Below, one piece after another: positions 28,712-38,683 of a stretch of 64,000 bases of DNA (position 1 is its first letter; the number at the start of each line of letters is the position of its first letter). Under the pieces are notes generated by a model. The model saw nothing but the letters and a program-made list of their open reading frames with translations. It had not been told where the DNA came from and did not search any database. The position numbers and the translations under genes are program-made. The DNA is from an uncultured delta proteobacterium (GTDB taxonomy: Bacteria > Myxococcota_A > Polyangia > Polyangiales > Polyangiaceae), in NCBI GenBank assembly GCA_963782055.1, contig CAWAIF010000003.1:1536001-1600000 (forward strand), written 5' to 3'.

Positions 28712-29481
28712 TCAAGCTGGAGGGGGTCTCGCGCACGTTCAAGGCTGACGGGCGAGACCCCGTCCGCGCCCTCGTCGGCCTCGATCTGCAGATCGAGACC
28801 GGCGAGACGATGGCCCTGCTCGGGCCGTCGGGGTGCGGAAAGACCACGACGTTGCGGCTGCTCAACCGGCTCCTCGAGCCGACGGGCGGCCGCATCCTCG
28901 TGGGCGGCGAGGACACCGCCGCGCTCGACCCGGTGCTCTTGCGGCGCCGGATGGGTTACGTCGTGCAGCGCGGCGGGCTCTTCCCGCACATGACGGTGCG
29001 CCGCAACGTCGGCCTGCTCTGCGACCTGGAAGACTGGCCGAAGCCGAAGACCGACGCGCGCGTCGACGCGCTGCTGGAGCTGGTCAACCTCCCTCCGGCC
29101 GAGTTCCGCGATCGGTACCCGCGCGAGCTCTCCGGTGGGCAGCGGCAGCGCGTGGGCGTGGCCCGCGCCCTCGCCCTGGACCCGGAGATCCTCCTGATGG
29201 ACGAGCCCTTCGGCGCGCTCGATCCCATCACCCGCCGCAAGCTGCAGAAGGACTTCCTGGCGATGGAGCACCTGGTATCCAAGACCATCGTGATCGTCAC
29301 CCACGACCTGGACGAGGCCTTCCTGCTGGGGGATCGCGTCGCGATCCTGCGCAAGGGCAGGCTGGTGCAGGTGGGGACGCCGGAGGAGATCCAGGTGACG
29401 CCGGCCACCGACTGGGTGAGGCGCTTCATCGCGAGCAGCCACCCGCCGGCGGAGGCCGTGGCTGAACAGGGGGGCGCCTGA
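28708..29481 (+). CDS. Osmoprotectant/betaine-type ABC transporter ATP-binding subunit
   Basis: GPSGCGKTT, LSGGQRQRVG and LMDEPFGALDP. ATGA overlap with the upstream gene. Confidence 0.92.
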   Translation: MIKLEGVSRTFKADGRDPVRALVGLDLQIETGETMALLGPSGCGKTTTLRLLNRLLEPTGGRILVGGEDTAALDPVLLRRRMGYVVQRGGLFPHMTVRRNVGLLCDLEDWPKPKTDARVDALLELVNLPPAEFRDRYPRELSGGQRQRVGVARALALDPEILLMDEPFGALDPITRRKLQKDFLAMEHLVSKTIVIVTHDLDEAFLLGDRVAILRKGRLVQVGTPEEIQVTPATDWVRRFIASSHPPAEAVAEQGGA

Positions 29482-29483
29482 GC

Positions 29484-31073
29484 GTGCGCGCGCGCGTGCT
29501 GCTCGCGGTCGTCGCCCTGCTGGTGCTGGTGGGCGTGTCCGGCGCGCGGGCGCCGGCGGCCCGTGCCGCCCCGGCGAGCAGCGGCCACATCGTCATCGGC
29601 TCCAAGAACTTCACCGAGTCGCGCATCCTGGGCGCGATGCTCACGCTGCTGGTGCGCTCGCGCACGCACCTGACCGTCGAGCACCGCAGCGGCCTCGGCG
29701 GCACGCTGGTGTGCTTCGGCGCGCTCAAGAGCGGGGAGATCGACCTCTACCCCGAGTACACCGGCACGGCCTGGTCCATCGTGCTCAAGGAGCCGACGAA
29801 GATCACCAGCCGCCTCCACGCCTTCCTGGAGGTGCAGAAGAAGTACCGGCAGATCTACGACATCGAGTGGATGGAGCCCTTCGGCCTGAACAACACCTAC
29901 GCGCTGGCGATGCGCGAGGACAAGGCGAAGGCGCTGGGCGTGCGGACCATCTCCGATCTCGTCCCGCACGCGAAGGACCTGAAGGCCGGCTTCAGCATCG
30001 AGTTCATGAACCGGGAGGACGGCTGGCCCGGCCTCGGCCCGTACTACGGCCTGCGCTTCGGGCAGGCGCGGTCGCTCGAGCACGGGCTCGGGTACGAGGC
30101 CATCGCCAACGGATCCATCGACATCATCGACGCCTACTCCACCGACGGGAAGCTGATGCGCTACCCGCTGCGCGTCCTGGACGACGACCGTCACTTCTTC
30201 CCGCCGTACAACGCCGCGCCCATCGTGCGCGGTGACACGCTGCGCGCTCACCCCGAGCTCAAGGACGCGCTCGACGCGCTGGCCTTCAAGATCGACGACA
30301 AGACGATGATGCGCCTCAACTACGAGGTGGAGGAGAAGGGCAGGGGCTTCCAGGAGGTGGCGCACGATTTCCTGGTGAAGAACAAGCTCCTGGACGCCAG
30401 CGTGAAGATGGGGACCGACGCCACGGCTGGCCGCGGGTCCTTCCCGTCGTTCCTGGCGAGCCGGTGGAAGGAGACGCTGCGCCTCGGCTGGCAGCACATC
30501 GAGCTCACCCTCGCGGCGGTGCTGCTGGCGGTGCTGCTCGCGGTGCCGCTGGGGATCGCCATCACGCGCAGCAGTCTGGGGGAGCGGATCGCGCTGGGGT
30601 CGGCGGGGGTGCTGCAGACCGTCCCGAGCCTGGCCCTGCTCGCCTTCATGATCGCCATCCCGGGGCTGGGGCTCTCGGTGCGCTCGGCGATCCTGGCGCT
30701 CTTCCTGTACGCCATCCTGCCCATCCTGCGGAACACGCACACCGGGTTGAAGGACGTGGACCCCGACCTGATCGACGCGGCCACGGGGCTGGGGCTCACG
30801 CCGGCTCAGATCCTCTTCAAGGTGCAGCTCCCGCTGGCGACGCGGACGATCATGGCCGGGGTGCGGACGGCGACGGTGATCAGCATCGGCGTGGCGACGC
30901 TGGCGGCGTTCATCGGCGCGGGCGGGCTGGGGGAGCCGATCGTGACGGGGCTCTACCTGAACGACACGTGGTTGATCCTGTCGGGGGCGATCCCAGCCGC
31001 GGTGCTGGCGCTGGTGGCGGACTGGGGGCTCGGGCGCGTGGAGAACTGCCTGACGCCAAGGGGGATCCGGTAG
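29484..31073 (+). CDS. Fused substrate-binding (OpuAC-like) + permease subunit of a betaine-type ABC transporter
   Basis: GSKNFTES, YPEYTGT, NNTYALA, YSTDG, FFPPY, then permease QTVPSLALL, DAATGLG (EAA) and GAGGLG. Confidence 0.92.
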   Translation: MRARVLLAVVALLVLVGVSGARAPAARAAPASSGHIVIGSKNFTESRILGAMLTLLVRSRTHLTVEHRSGLGGTLVCFGALKSGEIDLYPEYTGTAWSIVLKEPTKITSRLHAFLEVQKKYRQIYDIEWMEPFGLNNTYALAMREDKAKALGVRTISDLVPHAKDLKAGFSIEFMNREDGWPGLGPYYGLRFGQARSLEHGLGYEAIANGSIDIIDAYSTDGKLMRYPLRVLDDDRHFFPPYNAAPIVRGDTLRAHPELKDALDALAFKIDDKTMMRLNYEVEEKGRGFQEVAHDFLVKNKLLDASVKMGTDATAGRGSFPSFLASRWKETLRLGWQHIELTLAAVLLAVLLAVPLGIAITRSSLGERIALGSAGVLQTVPSLALLAFMIAIPGLGLSVRSAILALFLYAILPILRNTHTGLKDVDPDLIDAATGLGLTPAQILFKVQLPLATRTIMAGVRTATVISIGVATLAAFIGAGGLGEPIVTGLYLNDTWLILSGAIPAAVLALVADWGLGRVENCLTPRGIR

Positions 31074-31177
31074 GGGGAGAGGGCGCGGGCTCCATCGCGC
31101 GCAGCGGGCGTGGGACGGACCGGTGGGGCACGCCGTCACTGGTGGCGGTCGCTCCGCGGCGCGTATCCTCGGTCGCC

Positions 31178-32164
31178 ATGATCCCGTCCACCACCCCGCC
31201 AGCTTCCCGCTTCACGCGTCTCGCCGTGCTCGCCGCCGCGCTGACCTTCCCCGCCGCCGGCTGCTCCAAGACTTCGCCGAGCGCGACCAGCGCCGGCGTG
31301 CCCGCCCGCAGCGCGGCGGTCGCGGCCCCCGCCGGCTCCGCCAGCGCGGCGGTCGCCGCGGGCCCGTCCGCCGCGATGCACGTGGATCCGCCGCGTACCG
31401 ACGCCGCGCGCGTGGAGGTGCCCATCTCGCAGGTGAAGCTGCCCGACGGGACCATCCGCTACTGGGTCCCCGTGCGCGTCGGCCGCGGCAAGCCGATCCA
31501 CGCGATGCTCGACACGGGCTCGAGCGGTCTGCGGGTGCTGGCGGCCGCGCTCTCCCCGGGCGACTACGAGGAGACGCCGCAGACGCAGCAGTACCACTAC
31601 GCCAGCGGCGTGACGCTGGAGGGCCCGCTCGCCCGGGCGGCGGTGCGCGTCGGCACCCTGCGCGCGGGCAAGATCCTGGTCCAGGTCGTCAAGAGCGTGC
31701 ACTGCGGGGCGCGCAAGGCGCACTGCGCGGCGGCGCACCTGGCGCCTGGCCAGTACCGCATCGGCGGCGACGGGCTCGCTGGCCAGGGCTTCGAGGCGAT
31801 CCTCGGCGTGTCCGTCCGCTCGCCGCTGACCGGCGCGGCGGTCAACCCGCTCGCCGGCATCGGGGAGCAGGCCTGGGTGGTGGAGCTCCCGCTCCCGACG
31901 GCCCCCGCCGACGCGCACGGCACGCTGCTGGTCAACCCGACGGCGGCCGACCGCGCGGGCTTCCAGATGCTGCCGGTCCCTCCGAAGGACCACGCCGCGC
32001 TGGAGCTGCCGCTGTGCCTGGACCACGCCGCCGTCGGCGGTAGCTGCCCGCCGGCGAAGCTCGACAGCGGGGCGCGCGCCGGGCTGCCGGCGTTCTACGC
32101 GTACGACCTCCTCTTCGACCGGAAGCAGGAGCAGATCGGCGCGAAGTCCCGGTCGGCGCGCTGA
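31178..32164 (+). CDS. Aspartic-protease-like lipoprotein
   Basis: AAGC lipobox, LDTGSSGL and a second LDSG motif. Confidence 0.65.
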   Translation: MIPSTTPPASRFTRLAVLAAALTFPAAGCSKTSPSATSAGVPARSAAVAAPAGSASAAVAAGPSAAMHVDPPRTDAARVEVPISQVKLPDGTIRYWVPVRVGRGKPIHAMLDTGSSGLRVLAAALSPGDYEETPQTQQYHYASGVTLEGPLARAAVRVGTLRAGKILVQVVKSVHCGARKAHCAAAHLAPGQYRIGGDGLAGQGFEAILGVSVRSPLTGAAVNPLAGIGEQAWVVELPLPTAPADAHGTLLVNPTAADRAGFQMLPVPPKDHAALELPLCLDHAAVGGSCPPAKLDSGARAGLPAFYAYDLLFDRKQEQIGAKSRSAR

Positions 32165-32179
32165 GGCCGACCACCCGTC

Positions 32180-32676
32180 TCAGGGCGGCGTCACGCCGCG
32201 CGACTGGTTCACCTGGATGCGCGCCTGCACGTCGTTCGCGGCGGTCTGCGCGGACACCACGTCGTAGCCGCCGTCGAAGAGCGCCTTGAGGTCCGCCACC
32301 GTCGCGGTGGGCGAGCTCGTGTACGTGAAGGAGCGCACGCCGGCGGGGTGCAGCTTCGTCGTCGTGATGGTCCCGACGCTCACGGTCGGGTCGAACTCGA
32401 CCATGAACGCGCGCGGGTTCTTGAGGTTGAGGATCGTGTCGACGTCCGCCACGTTCGTACCGACGTTGACCAGGTACCAGACCGAGTCCCCGCCCGGGAT
32501 GGTCGGGACGATGTTCTGGAGGTCGGCCGTCGACCCGAGCTCGATGAAGGCGAAGTCCTCGGCCTTGAGCGCGTGGATCTCCTGCACCGTCCGCGCGTAG
32601 TCGGTCGCGAGCTTCACGCAGAGCTGCGTGACCATCTTGCCGCGCAGGGTGTTCAGCACATCGTCGAGACGGGCGA
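32180..32676 (-). pseudogene. 5'-truncated glycerophosphodiester phosphodiesterase-like gene
   Basis: RLDDVLNTLRGK...LHPAGVRSFTYT...LFDGGYD resembles a GDPD C-terminal half. No N-terminal catalytic half is present. Confidence 0.5.
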
Positions 32677-33058
32677 CATCCTCGCGCTCCCGTTCGCCGA
32701 CGAGTCCTTCGACGCCGTCCTCTCCACGTACAGCATGTGCCCGCTCTACGACCCGGCGAAGGGCGTGCTGCAGCTGTATCGCGTGGTGAAGAAGGGTGGC
32801 CGGCTCGCGGCGGCGCACTCGGTCGAGCCGGCGAACGGCTTGATCCGGTGGATCGCCAACGGCGTGGAGAGCGTCGTGTGGCGGTTTCCCAGCCTGAGCA
32901 TGGGATGCCGACCGGTGGAGACGCTGGGTGCCCTCCGCGACGCCGGCGCCGAGGTGCTGTTCGAGGAGCGCTTCGGCGTACCGCTCTGGCCGTTCATCGT
33001 CTACGCGGCGCGAAAGCCGGCGGCGGGCGGTCCTGCGCAGAAAGCGCGGGCGGGCTAG
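32666..33058 (+). pseudogene. 5'-truncated class I SAM methyltransferase
   Basis: GDILALPFADESFDAV...LYRVVKKGG (post-motif I region). The GxGxG motif I is missing. Confidence 0.6.
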
Positions 33059-33126
33059 TTTGGCGGGCGCCTGCGCGCCCCCACACGCCGGTGGCGGACC
33101 CGGGCGTCGCGCGTCATGTGAAGGGC

Positions 33127-34065
33127 ATGGTCCTGCGCGTCGCGCTCCTCGCCTTGCTGCTCGCGGCCTGCGGCTCCCCGCCGAAGCCGCCACGCTCCGG
33201 GTGGCTCACCTCCGTCGACGCGTCGAACCCGCTGGTTGGACGCGCGTACGACGAGCACGCCGGCCGCTTCGTCACCCGCGAGCAGCTCGACGCCGCCCTG
33301 GCCGGCGCGCCCTTCGTCCTGCTCGGCGAGAAGCACGACAACGCCGACCACCACCGGCTGCAGGCGCGCGCGCTCGCGTCCCTCGTCGCCGCCGGCCGCC
33401 GCCCGGCCGTGGTCTTCGAGATGATCGACCTCGGCCTCCAGCCGGCGGTCGACGCGTACATGGCGCGGGCCGACGCGACGGTCGACGGGCTCGGCGGCGT
33501 GCTCCGGTGGGACAAGAGCGGGTGGCCCGCGTGGAGCATCTACCGTCCGATCTTCGAGGTCGCGATGCGGGCGCACCTGCCGATCGTCGCAGCCGGCCTC
33601 TCTCACGACACGGCCCACGCGCTCTTCGAGGGGGGGCTGCCCGCGTTGCCGGGCGATCTCTCGCACCTGGACGTGCCGCCGCTGTCGCCGCCCCTCGAGG
33701 CCTCGCTGGAGCAGGAGCTGGTCGGCGCCCACTGCGGCATGCTCCCGCAGGACATGGTCGCGCCCATGGGTCTCGTGCAGCGGGTGAGGGACGCGCTGAT
33801 GGCGGATCGCATGGTGTCGCGCGCCACGCCCGACGGGGCCGTGCTCGTCGCGGGCGCCGGACACGTGCGGACCGACCGCGGCGTCCCCGTCTACCTGGCG
33901 AGGTCGCGGCCCGCGCGTCGCTCCTTCACCGTCTCCTTCCTGGAGGTGGACACCGGCGGCGACCCACGGGCGTACGCCGCCGATCAGCCGTCCGACGCGC
34001 TCGTGTTCACGCCGCGGGTCGACGACGCGGACCCGTGCGCCCAGTTCCACCACCCGATCCGGTGA
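33127..34065 (+). CDS. ChaN-family (heme/iron-uptake) lipoprotein
   Basis: LAAC lipobox, LLGEKHDNADHH, FEM, AHCG, QRVRDALMA and AGAGHVR. Confidence 0.85.
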   Translation: MVLRVALLALLLAACGSPPKPPRSGWLTSVDASNPLVGRAYDEHAGRFVTREQLDAALAGAPFVLLGEKHDNADHHRLQARALASLVAAGRRPAVVFEMIDLGLQPAVDAYMARADATVDGLGGVLRWDKSGWPAWSIYRPIFEVAMRAHLPIVAAGLSHDTAHALFEGGLPALPGDLSHLDVPPLSPPLEASLEQELVGAHCGMLPQDMVAPMGLVQRVRDALMADRMVSRATPDGAVLVAGAGHVRTDRGVPVYLARSRPARRSFTVSFLEVDTGGDPRAYAADQPSDALVFTPRVDDADPCAQFHHPIR

Positions 34066-34081
34066 TGGGGCTCGCCGTCGG

Positions 34082-34564
34082 TCACTGCGGGCAGGTGGCG
34101 CCGCAGCTCGTCACCGCGGAGAGCTCGTCGGGCCGCGGCGCGCACGCGTTCGCCACGTGGTCGAGGTAGCAGCGCGCCTGGCAGTCGCTCGACGCGGTGC
34201 ACGTCGTCGGACCGGCGTCCGGCGCGGCGCACGCGCTCGTCTTCGCCTGCAGCTCGGCGCACGACGTGCCCGCCTGGGCCGCGGCGATGCACGCGTCGAG
34301 CGCGCTCCTGTCGCATCCCGGGAACTCCGAGGTGATCCCGTTGCAGGTGAAGTTCGAGCTGGTGCACGCGTAGTACGCGTCGAGCTGGTTCCCGCACCCC
34401 GACGCGCTCGCCTCGTCGCGGAGCGCGTCGGTGGCGGTCTGGCACGAGGCGATCCAGTTGGTGTCGCCCTTCTGCGAGCAGTCGCCGACGTTCTCGCAGT
34501 AGGTCTGCTCGTCGGACGCGCACGCGGCGAGCAGGAGGAGCGTGAGGGAGAGGACGGTCTTCAT
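34082..34564 (-). CDS. Cys-rich lipoprotein
   Basis: MKTVLSLTLLLLAAC and many Cys. TGATG-coupled to the porin. Confidence 0.7.
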   Translation of the reverse strand: MKTVLSLTLLLLAACASDEQTYCENVGDCSQKGDTNWIASCQTATDALRDEASASGCGNQLDAYYACTSSNFTCNGITSEFPGCDRSALDACIAAAQAGTSCAELQAKTSACAAPDAGPTTCTASSDCQARCYLDHVANACAPRPDELSAVTSCGATCPQ

Positions 34565-35937
34565 CAGAACGCCGCGTGGACCCGCACGGAGAAGACGTGC
34601 ACCGGACCGCGGTCCTGGTTGTACCCGGGGTCGATGATGGGCTGGTAGATGAGCGAGCAGTCCAGGAAGTCCGTCAGGGCGAGCCGGTAGTAGATGTCTC
34701 CCTCGACCTCCGCGCCGTAGTGCAGCGCGCCGTCGCCGAGGATGAAGCCCAGGCCCCCGCCCTCGAGGTAGCGCTCGTGCATCGGCGACAGGCCGTTGAC
34801 GACGAGCGCCGCGCCGGCCTCGTCGCGGTTGCGCTTCCAGAGCTTGCCGCTCTGCACCGCGCCGATCGCGAAGGAGCGATCGATCTCGGTGAAGGCCCAC
34901 GACTCGGTCTGCCCGTCGTTGACGCTCGCGCGCAGGAAGGCGCCGAGGGTGTGCGTGATCTGCTGCTCCATCGAGAGGGCGAAGCCGTACTTCACCCGGC
35001 CGTCCTCGCGCGTCGCCGCGATCTCGTTCCCGTACTTCGCCGGGTCCGCGAGCACCTGCTGGTAGCTCCCCATGCGCGCCTGGTTGACGAAGGCCAGCAC
35101 GCTGAAGGCGCCGGGCCGGCTGGCGATCTTGTAGCGGGCCTCGTACTCGAACATCAGACCGCGCGAGACGTCCAGTCGCCAGTCCATCTTCGCGAGGTTG
35201 GCGTACATGGGCTCGAGGGCGATGCCGGCGCGAGCGGACCACCAGTCCATCGTCAGGTCGGCGAGCGCGCCGTAGGTGTACCCGCGCGTGTCGGCGGGGT
35301 AGTCCCACGCGCCGGAGGCGAAGAGCGCCCAGTCGAAGAAGCCCTCCGTCGCGTCGGCGGCGTAGCGGTTGCCGTCGAACACGTCGGTCACGGCGAGCCG
35401 GCCGACCGTGATGGCCAGCTGGTCTCGGTCGTGCTTGCGGGCGAGGTCGTTCGGGCCCGCCTCGGTGACGACGGTGCCTCCGCCCAGGCCGATCGTCTGG
35501 CGGACGGCGAGCCGCGCCAGGTAGACGGACGGCGCGGGGTCGCCGACGCGGTAGACGATGCCGCCGGGGAACGCCGCGACGCCGAGCGTGCTGCTCAGGC
35601 CCGCGCCGCCGCTCATCTCCGGGTCGACGATCAGCTCGGCGCCCGGCCAGAGGCGCAGGTCGGCGTAGAGGGTGGAGACGAACGCCGACGCCGCCTCGGC
35701 GTCCGGGCTCATGCTGTTCGGGCCGGAGTACTTCGCGAAGAAGGACGGGTGCGCCTGCGTGGCCGCGGTGAGCTGGAGGTGGAAGCTCAGGTACTCCTGC
35801 TCGCCCGCCGCGGGGTTCACCGGCACCGTCGGCTCGTCCTCCGAGGGGACGTCGCGCGGCCCCTTCGCCGCCGCCACGCGCGGGGCGAGAAGCCCGAGCG
35901 CCAGGGCGATCACCGGGGCGCAATGGACGCGGCGCAT
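34564..35937 (-). CDS. OprB-family outer-membrane porin (MnoP/high-affinity metal porin-like)
   Basis: Signal peptide, FDGNRYA, AWDYPADTRGYT, ESWAFTEID, PGYNQDRGPV and C-terminal Phe. Confidence 0.85.
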   Translation of the reverse strand: MRRVHCAPVIALALGLLAPRVAAAKGPRDVPSEDEPTVPVNPAAGEQEYLSFHLQLTAATQAHPSFFAKYSGPNSMSPDAEAASAFVSTLYADLRLWPGAELIVDPEMSGGAGLSSTLGVAAFPGGIVYRVGDPAPSVYLARLAVRQTIGLGGGTVVTEAGPNDLARKHDRDQLAITVGRLAVTDVFDGNRYAADATEGFFDWALFASGAWDYPADTRGYTYGALADLTMDWWSARAGIALEPMYANLAKMDWRLDVSRGLMFEYEARYKIASRPGAFSVLAFVNQARMGSYQQVLADPAKYGNEIAATREDGRVKYGFALSMEQQITHTLGAFLRASVNDGQTESWAFTEIDRSFAIGAVQSGKLWKRNRDEAGAALVVNGLSPMHERYLEGGGLGFILGDGALHYGAEVEGDIYYRLALTDFLDCSLIYQPIIDPGYNQDRGPVHVFSVRVHAAF

Positions 35938-36076
35938 GCGGGATCCGGTCTGTATCACCAAAGGCCTGAAGAACCGCCGAAAATTCGTTCATCGGCGCGC
36001 GCGTCCGCTGAACATTTCGTTCGGTCGTGTGGTGCGCGCCGGGGGTCGTCCCGCGGTTCCGGGCGGGATCGTCGTG

Positions 36077-36092
36077 CGGCACGACGCGTGCT
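36077..36092 (+). promoter_or_regulatory. Putative sigma-54 promoter of the RND operon
   Basis: CGGCACGACGCGTGCT (GG-N10-GC), 36 nt before ATG 36129, followed by GAGGAG RBS. Confidence 0.65.
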
Positions 36093-36128
36093 TGGAGCGA
36101 GCCGCCCCGAGGAGTCTTCCCGCAGCCC

Positions 36129-37499
36129 ATGTCCATCGCCCCGAGTCGTCGTGCCCGCTTCCTGGGGCTCGCCGCCCTCTTCGCCGCTCTCCCCCTGACG
36201 TTGATCGCCTCGCCCGCCGGCGCGCAGACCGCTCCGGGCTCCGGCCCCGGTACGGTCGAGGTGGCGCTGCTCCTCCGCAACGACCACGCGCTCGCCGACT
36301 GGCTCTCGCGCAGCCACCCCGACGTCGCGGCCGCCCGCGCGCGCGTGGCGCAGCAGCAAGCCGCCGTCGGCGTGGCGAGGCGGCTGCTGCCGAACCCCTC
36401 CCTGGGCTTCACGGTCGGCGGCATCGCGCTCGGCGAGCGCAACCCCGCCTCGCTCTCGCCCGGCGACACGATGAACTACACGGTGGGGCTCTACCAGACC
36501 ATCGAGCTCGGCAAGCGCGGCCCGCGCGTGGACGCCGAGGTGCTGCGGCGTGACGCGACCGAGCAGGCCTTCCGCGACACCCTCGCCGGGCGGCTGGCCG
36601 ACGCGCGCGACGCCCTCGCGCGGGTGATCTACTTCGACGCGCGGCAGAAGGTCCTCGACGAGCGGCTGAAGTCGGCGCAGGACATCGCCACGCTGGAGAA
36701 GACGCGCCTGCAGCAGGGCGACATCAGCGGGATCGATCACGACCGGCTCGTCCTGGACGCGATGCAGGTGGAGCGCGAGGTGGCGGACAACCACGCCGAC
36801 GCGCAGCTCGCCCTCGCCGACTGCGCCGCGTCGTTGGTGGTGGCGCGCTGCTCGTCACAGGGCGCCACGATGGACGCCGTGGACGCCGCGGCCCCCGCGC
36901 CCATGACCCTCCCCGACGTCGCGCCGGCCATCGCCGGTCGCCCCGACGTGCGGGCGCTGCGCTTCGCCGGCCAGGCGGCCGACGCCGACGCGACGGGGTG
37001 GCGACGTCAGGCGATCCCCGACCCGACCGTGGGCGTGGCCTACACGCGCGATTTCCTCACCTACGCGGGCGACCAGCCCAGCACCTTGAGCCTCACCCTC
37101 TCCATCCCGCTGCCCATCTTCGACCACGGCGCGTACCAGGCGCGGCAGGCTTCGGGGCAGGCCACCGAGCTGGAGCTGCAGGCGCGCTCGCTGGAGTCAC
37201 GCGCCCGCGCCGACGCTGACGCGCTGCTCACCCGGCGCCGCATCCTGGAGCAGAAGCTGAAGGAGCTGCAGGAGGGTGCGGTGCCGCACTCCCGCGCGGT
37301 GCTGCAGGCGATGCAGACCGCCTACCAGCACGGGCAGGTCAGCATGACCGACCTCTTGCTCGTCCGCCGCGACGACGTCGCGCTGACCCTGGACGTGACC
37401 GACACACGCTTCGCCCTGTTCGCGATTCGCAACCAGCTCCGACGCGTCCTCGGCCTCGACGCCGCGGAGCTCTCGGGCGGAAGCCGAGGTGACCGATGA
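36129..37499 (+). CDS. czcC: TolC/CzcC-family outer-membrane efflux protein
   Basis: HPDVAAAR, PNPSL, QTIELGKR, RPDV and SIPLPIFD. First gene of the RND operon. Confidence 0.85.
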   Translation: MSIAPSRRARFLGLAALFAALPLTLIASPAGAQTAPGSGPGTVEVALLLRNDHALADWLSRSHPDVAAARARVAQQQAAVGVARRLLPNPSLGFTVGGIALGERNPASLSPGDTMNYTVGLYQTIELGKRGPRVDAEVLRRDATEQAFRDTLAGRLADARDALARVIYFDARQKVLDERLKSAQDIATLEKTRLQQGDISGIDHDRLVLDAMQVEREVADNHADAQLALADCAASLVVARCSSQGATMDAVDAAAPAPMTLPDVAPAIAGRPDVRALRFAGQAADADATGWRRQAIPDPTVGVAYTRDFLTYAGDQPSTLSLTLSIPLPIFDHGAYQARQASGQATELELQARSLESRARADADALLTRRRILEQKLKELQEGAVPHSRAVLQAMQTAYQHGQVSMTDLLLVRRDDVALTLDVTDTRFALFAIRNQLRRVLGLDAAELSGGSRGDR

Positions 37500-38677
37500 G
37501 TGACCTTCTCGACAAGTGGAAGACCCTCCGCATCCGGCGCGTCACGGTGCTGAGCGTCGCCGCGGCCGTCCTGGTGAGCGTGGTGTCCGTCGTGGCGTCG
37601 GCGCACTTCCGCCGCAAGCCGCCGCCGCCTCCGCAGACGACGGACGACGTGAACGTGACGGCGGGCCGCATCCGCATCGCCGACGGCGCGCCGCAGTGGG
37701 ACATGGTCAAGCTCGGCCGCGCGGAGGCGAGCACCGAGCGCTGGACCGACCCGGTGCCCGCGCACGTCAAGGTGGACGAGACGCTGGCCGCCCGCGTGGG
37801 TGCCCCGCTCGGCGGCCGCGTGGTGAAGGTCTTCGCCGAGCTGGGCCAGCCGGTGAAGAAGGGCGACATGCTCTTCTCCGTGTCCAGCCCGGACATGGCG
37901 TCCCTCAACGCCGAGAACGCCAAGGCGAAGGTGGAGCTGGAGACCGCGCAGACGGTGCTCGACCGCGTGAAGGCGATCGTGCAGGCGCGCGCGCTGCCGG
38001 CGAAGGAGGAGATCGCGGCGATGCAGCAGCTCCGACAGGCGCAGGTGGACTACGGCACCGCCCAGGCGAAGCTGGCCAGCCTGAGGGTCTCGCCGCGCTC
38101 CGACAGCGAGTTCGTGGTGCGCTCGCCGCGCGACGGCTACGTGGTGGAGAAGAACGTGTTGCCCGGCCAGGAGCTCGGTGACGGCACGGCGACGCTCATG
38201 ATGGTCGCCGACCTGTCCTCGGTCTGGGTGGTCGCCGAGCTCTTCGAGGCCGACGCCGGCGGTGTGGAGGTCGGCACGAAGGCGCACATCACCGTCGCGT
38301 CCATGCCCGGCACCGTGCTCGACGGCACCGTCGACGTGGTCTCGGCGGTGGTCGACCCCGACCGTCACACGGTGCCGGTGCGCGTGCGCCTGGACAACCC
38401 CGACGGCAAGCTCAAGCCCAACACCTACGCGCGCATGCAGTTTCGCTCGACGCCCCCGCCCGGTGCGGTGGAGGTCGCGTCGACCGCCATCGTCTCCGAT
38501 GGCGCGCATCAGTACGTCTACCTGCGCGCGCCGGACGGGAGCTTCGGGCGGCAGGAAGTCGTCGCCGGCCCGGTGCGCGAGGGCCGCGTGCTCATCCTGC
38601 ACGGCCTGCAGGCCGGACAGACCGTCGTCGAGCACGGCGGCATCCTGCTCGACAACCAGATCGCCATCTCCGAGTAG
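37496..38677 (+). CDS. czcB: RND membrane fusion protein
   Basis: GQPVKKGD, VRSPRDG, ADLSSVWV and LKPNTYA. ATGA overlap. Confidence 0.88.
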   Translation: MSDLLDKWKTLRIRRVTVLSVAAAVLVSVVSVVASAHFRRKPPPPPQTTDDVNVTAGRIRIADGAPQWDMVKLGRAEASTERWTDPVPAHVKVDETLAARVGAPLGGRVVKVFAELGQPVKKGDMLFSVSSPDMASLNAENAKAKVELETAQTVLDRVKAIVQARALPAKEEIAAMQQLRQAQVDYGTAQAKLASLRVSPRSDSEFVVRSPRDGYVVEKNVLPGQELGDGTATLMMVADLSSVWVVAELFEADAGGVEVGTKAHITVASMPGTVLDGTVDVVSAVVDPDRHTVPVRVRLDNPDGKLKPNTYARMQFRSTPPPGAVEVASTAIVSDGAHQYVYLRAPDGSFGRQEVVAGPVREGRVLILHGLQAGQTVVEHGGILLDNQIAISE

Positions 38678-38683
38678 CCTCCC

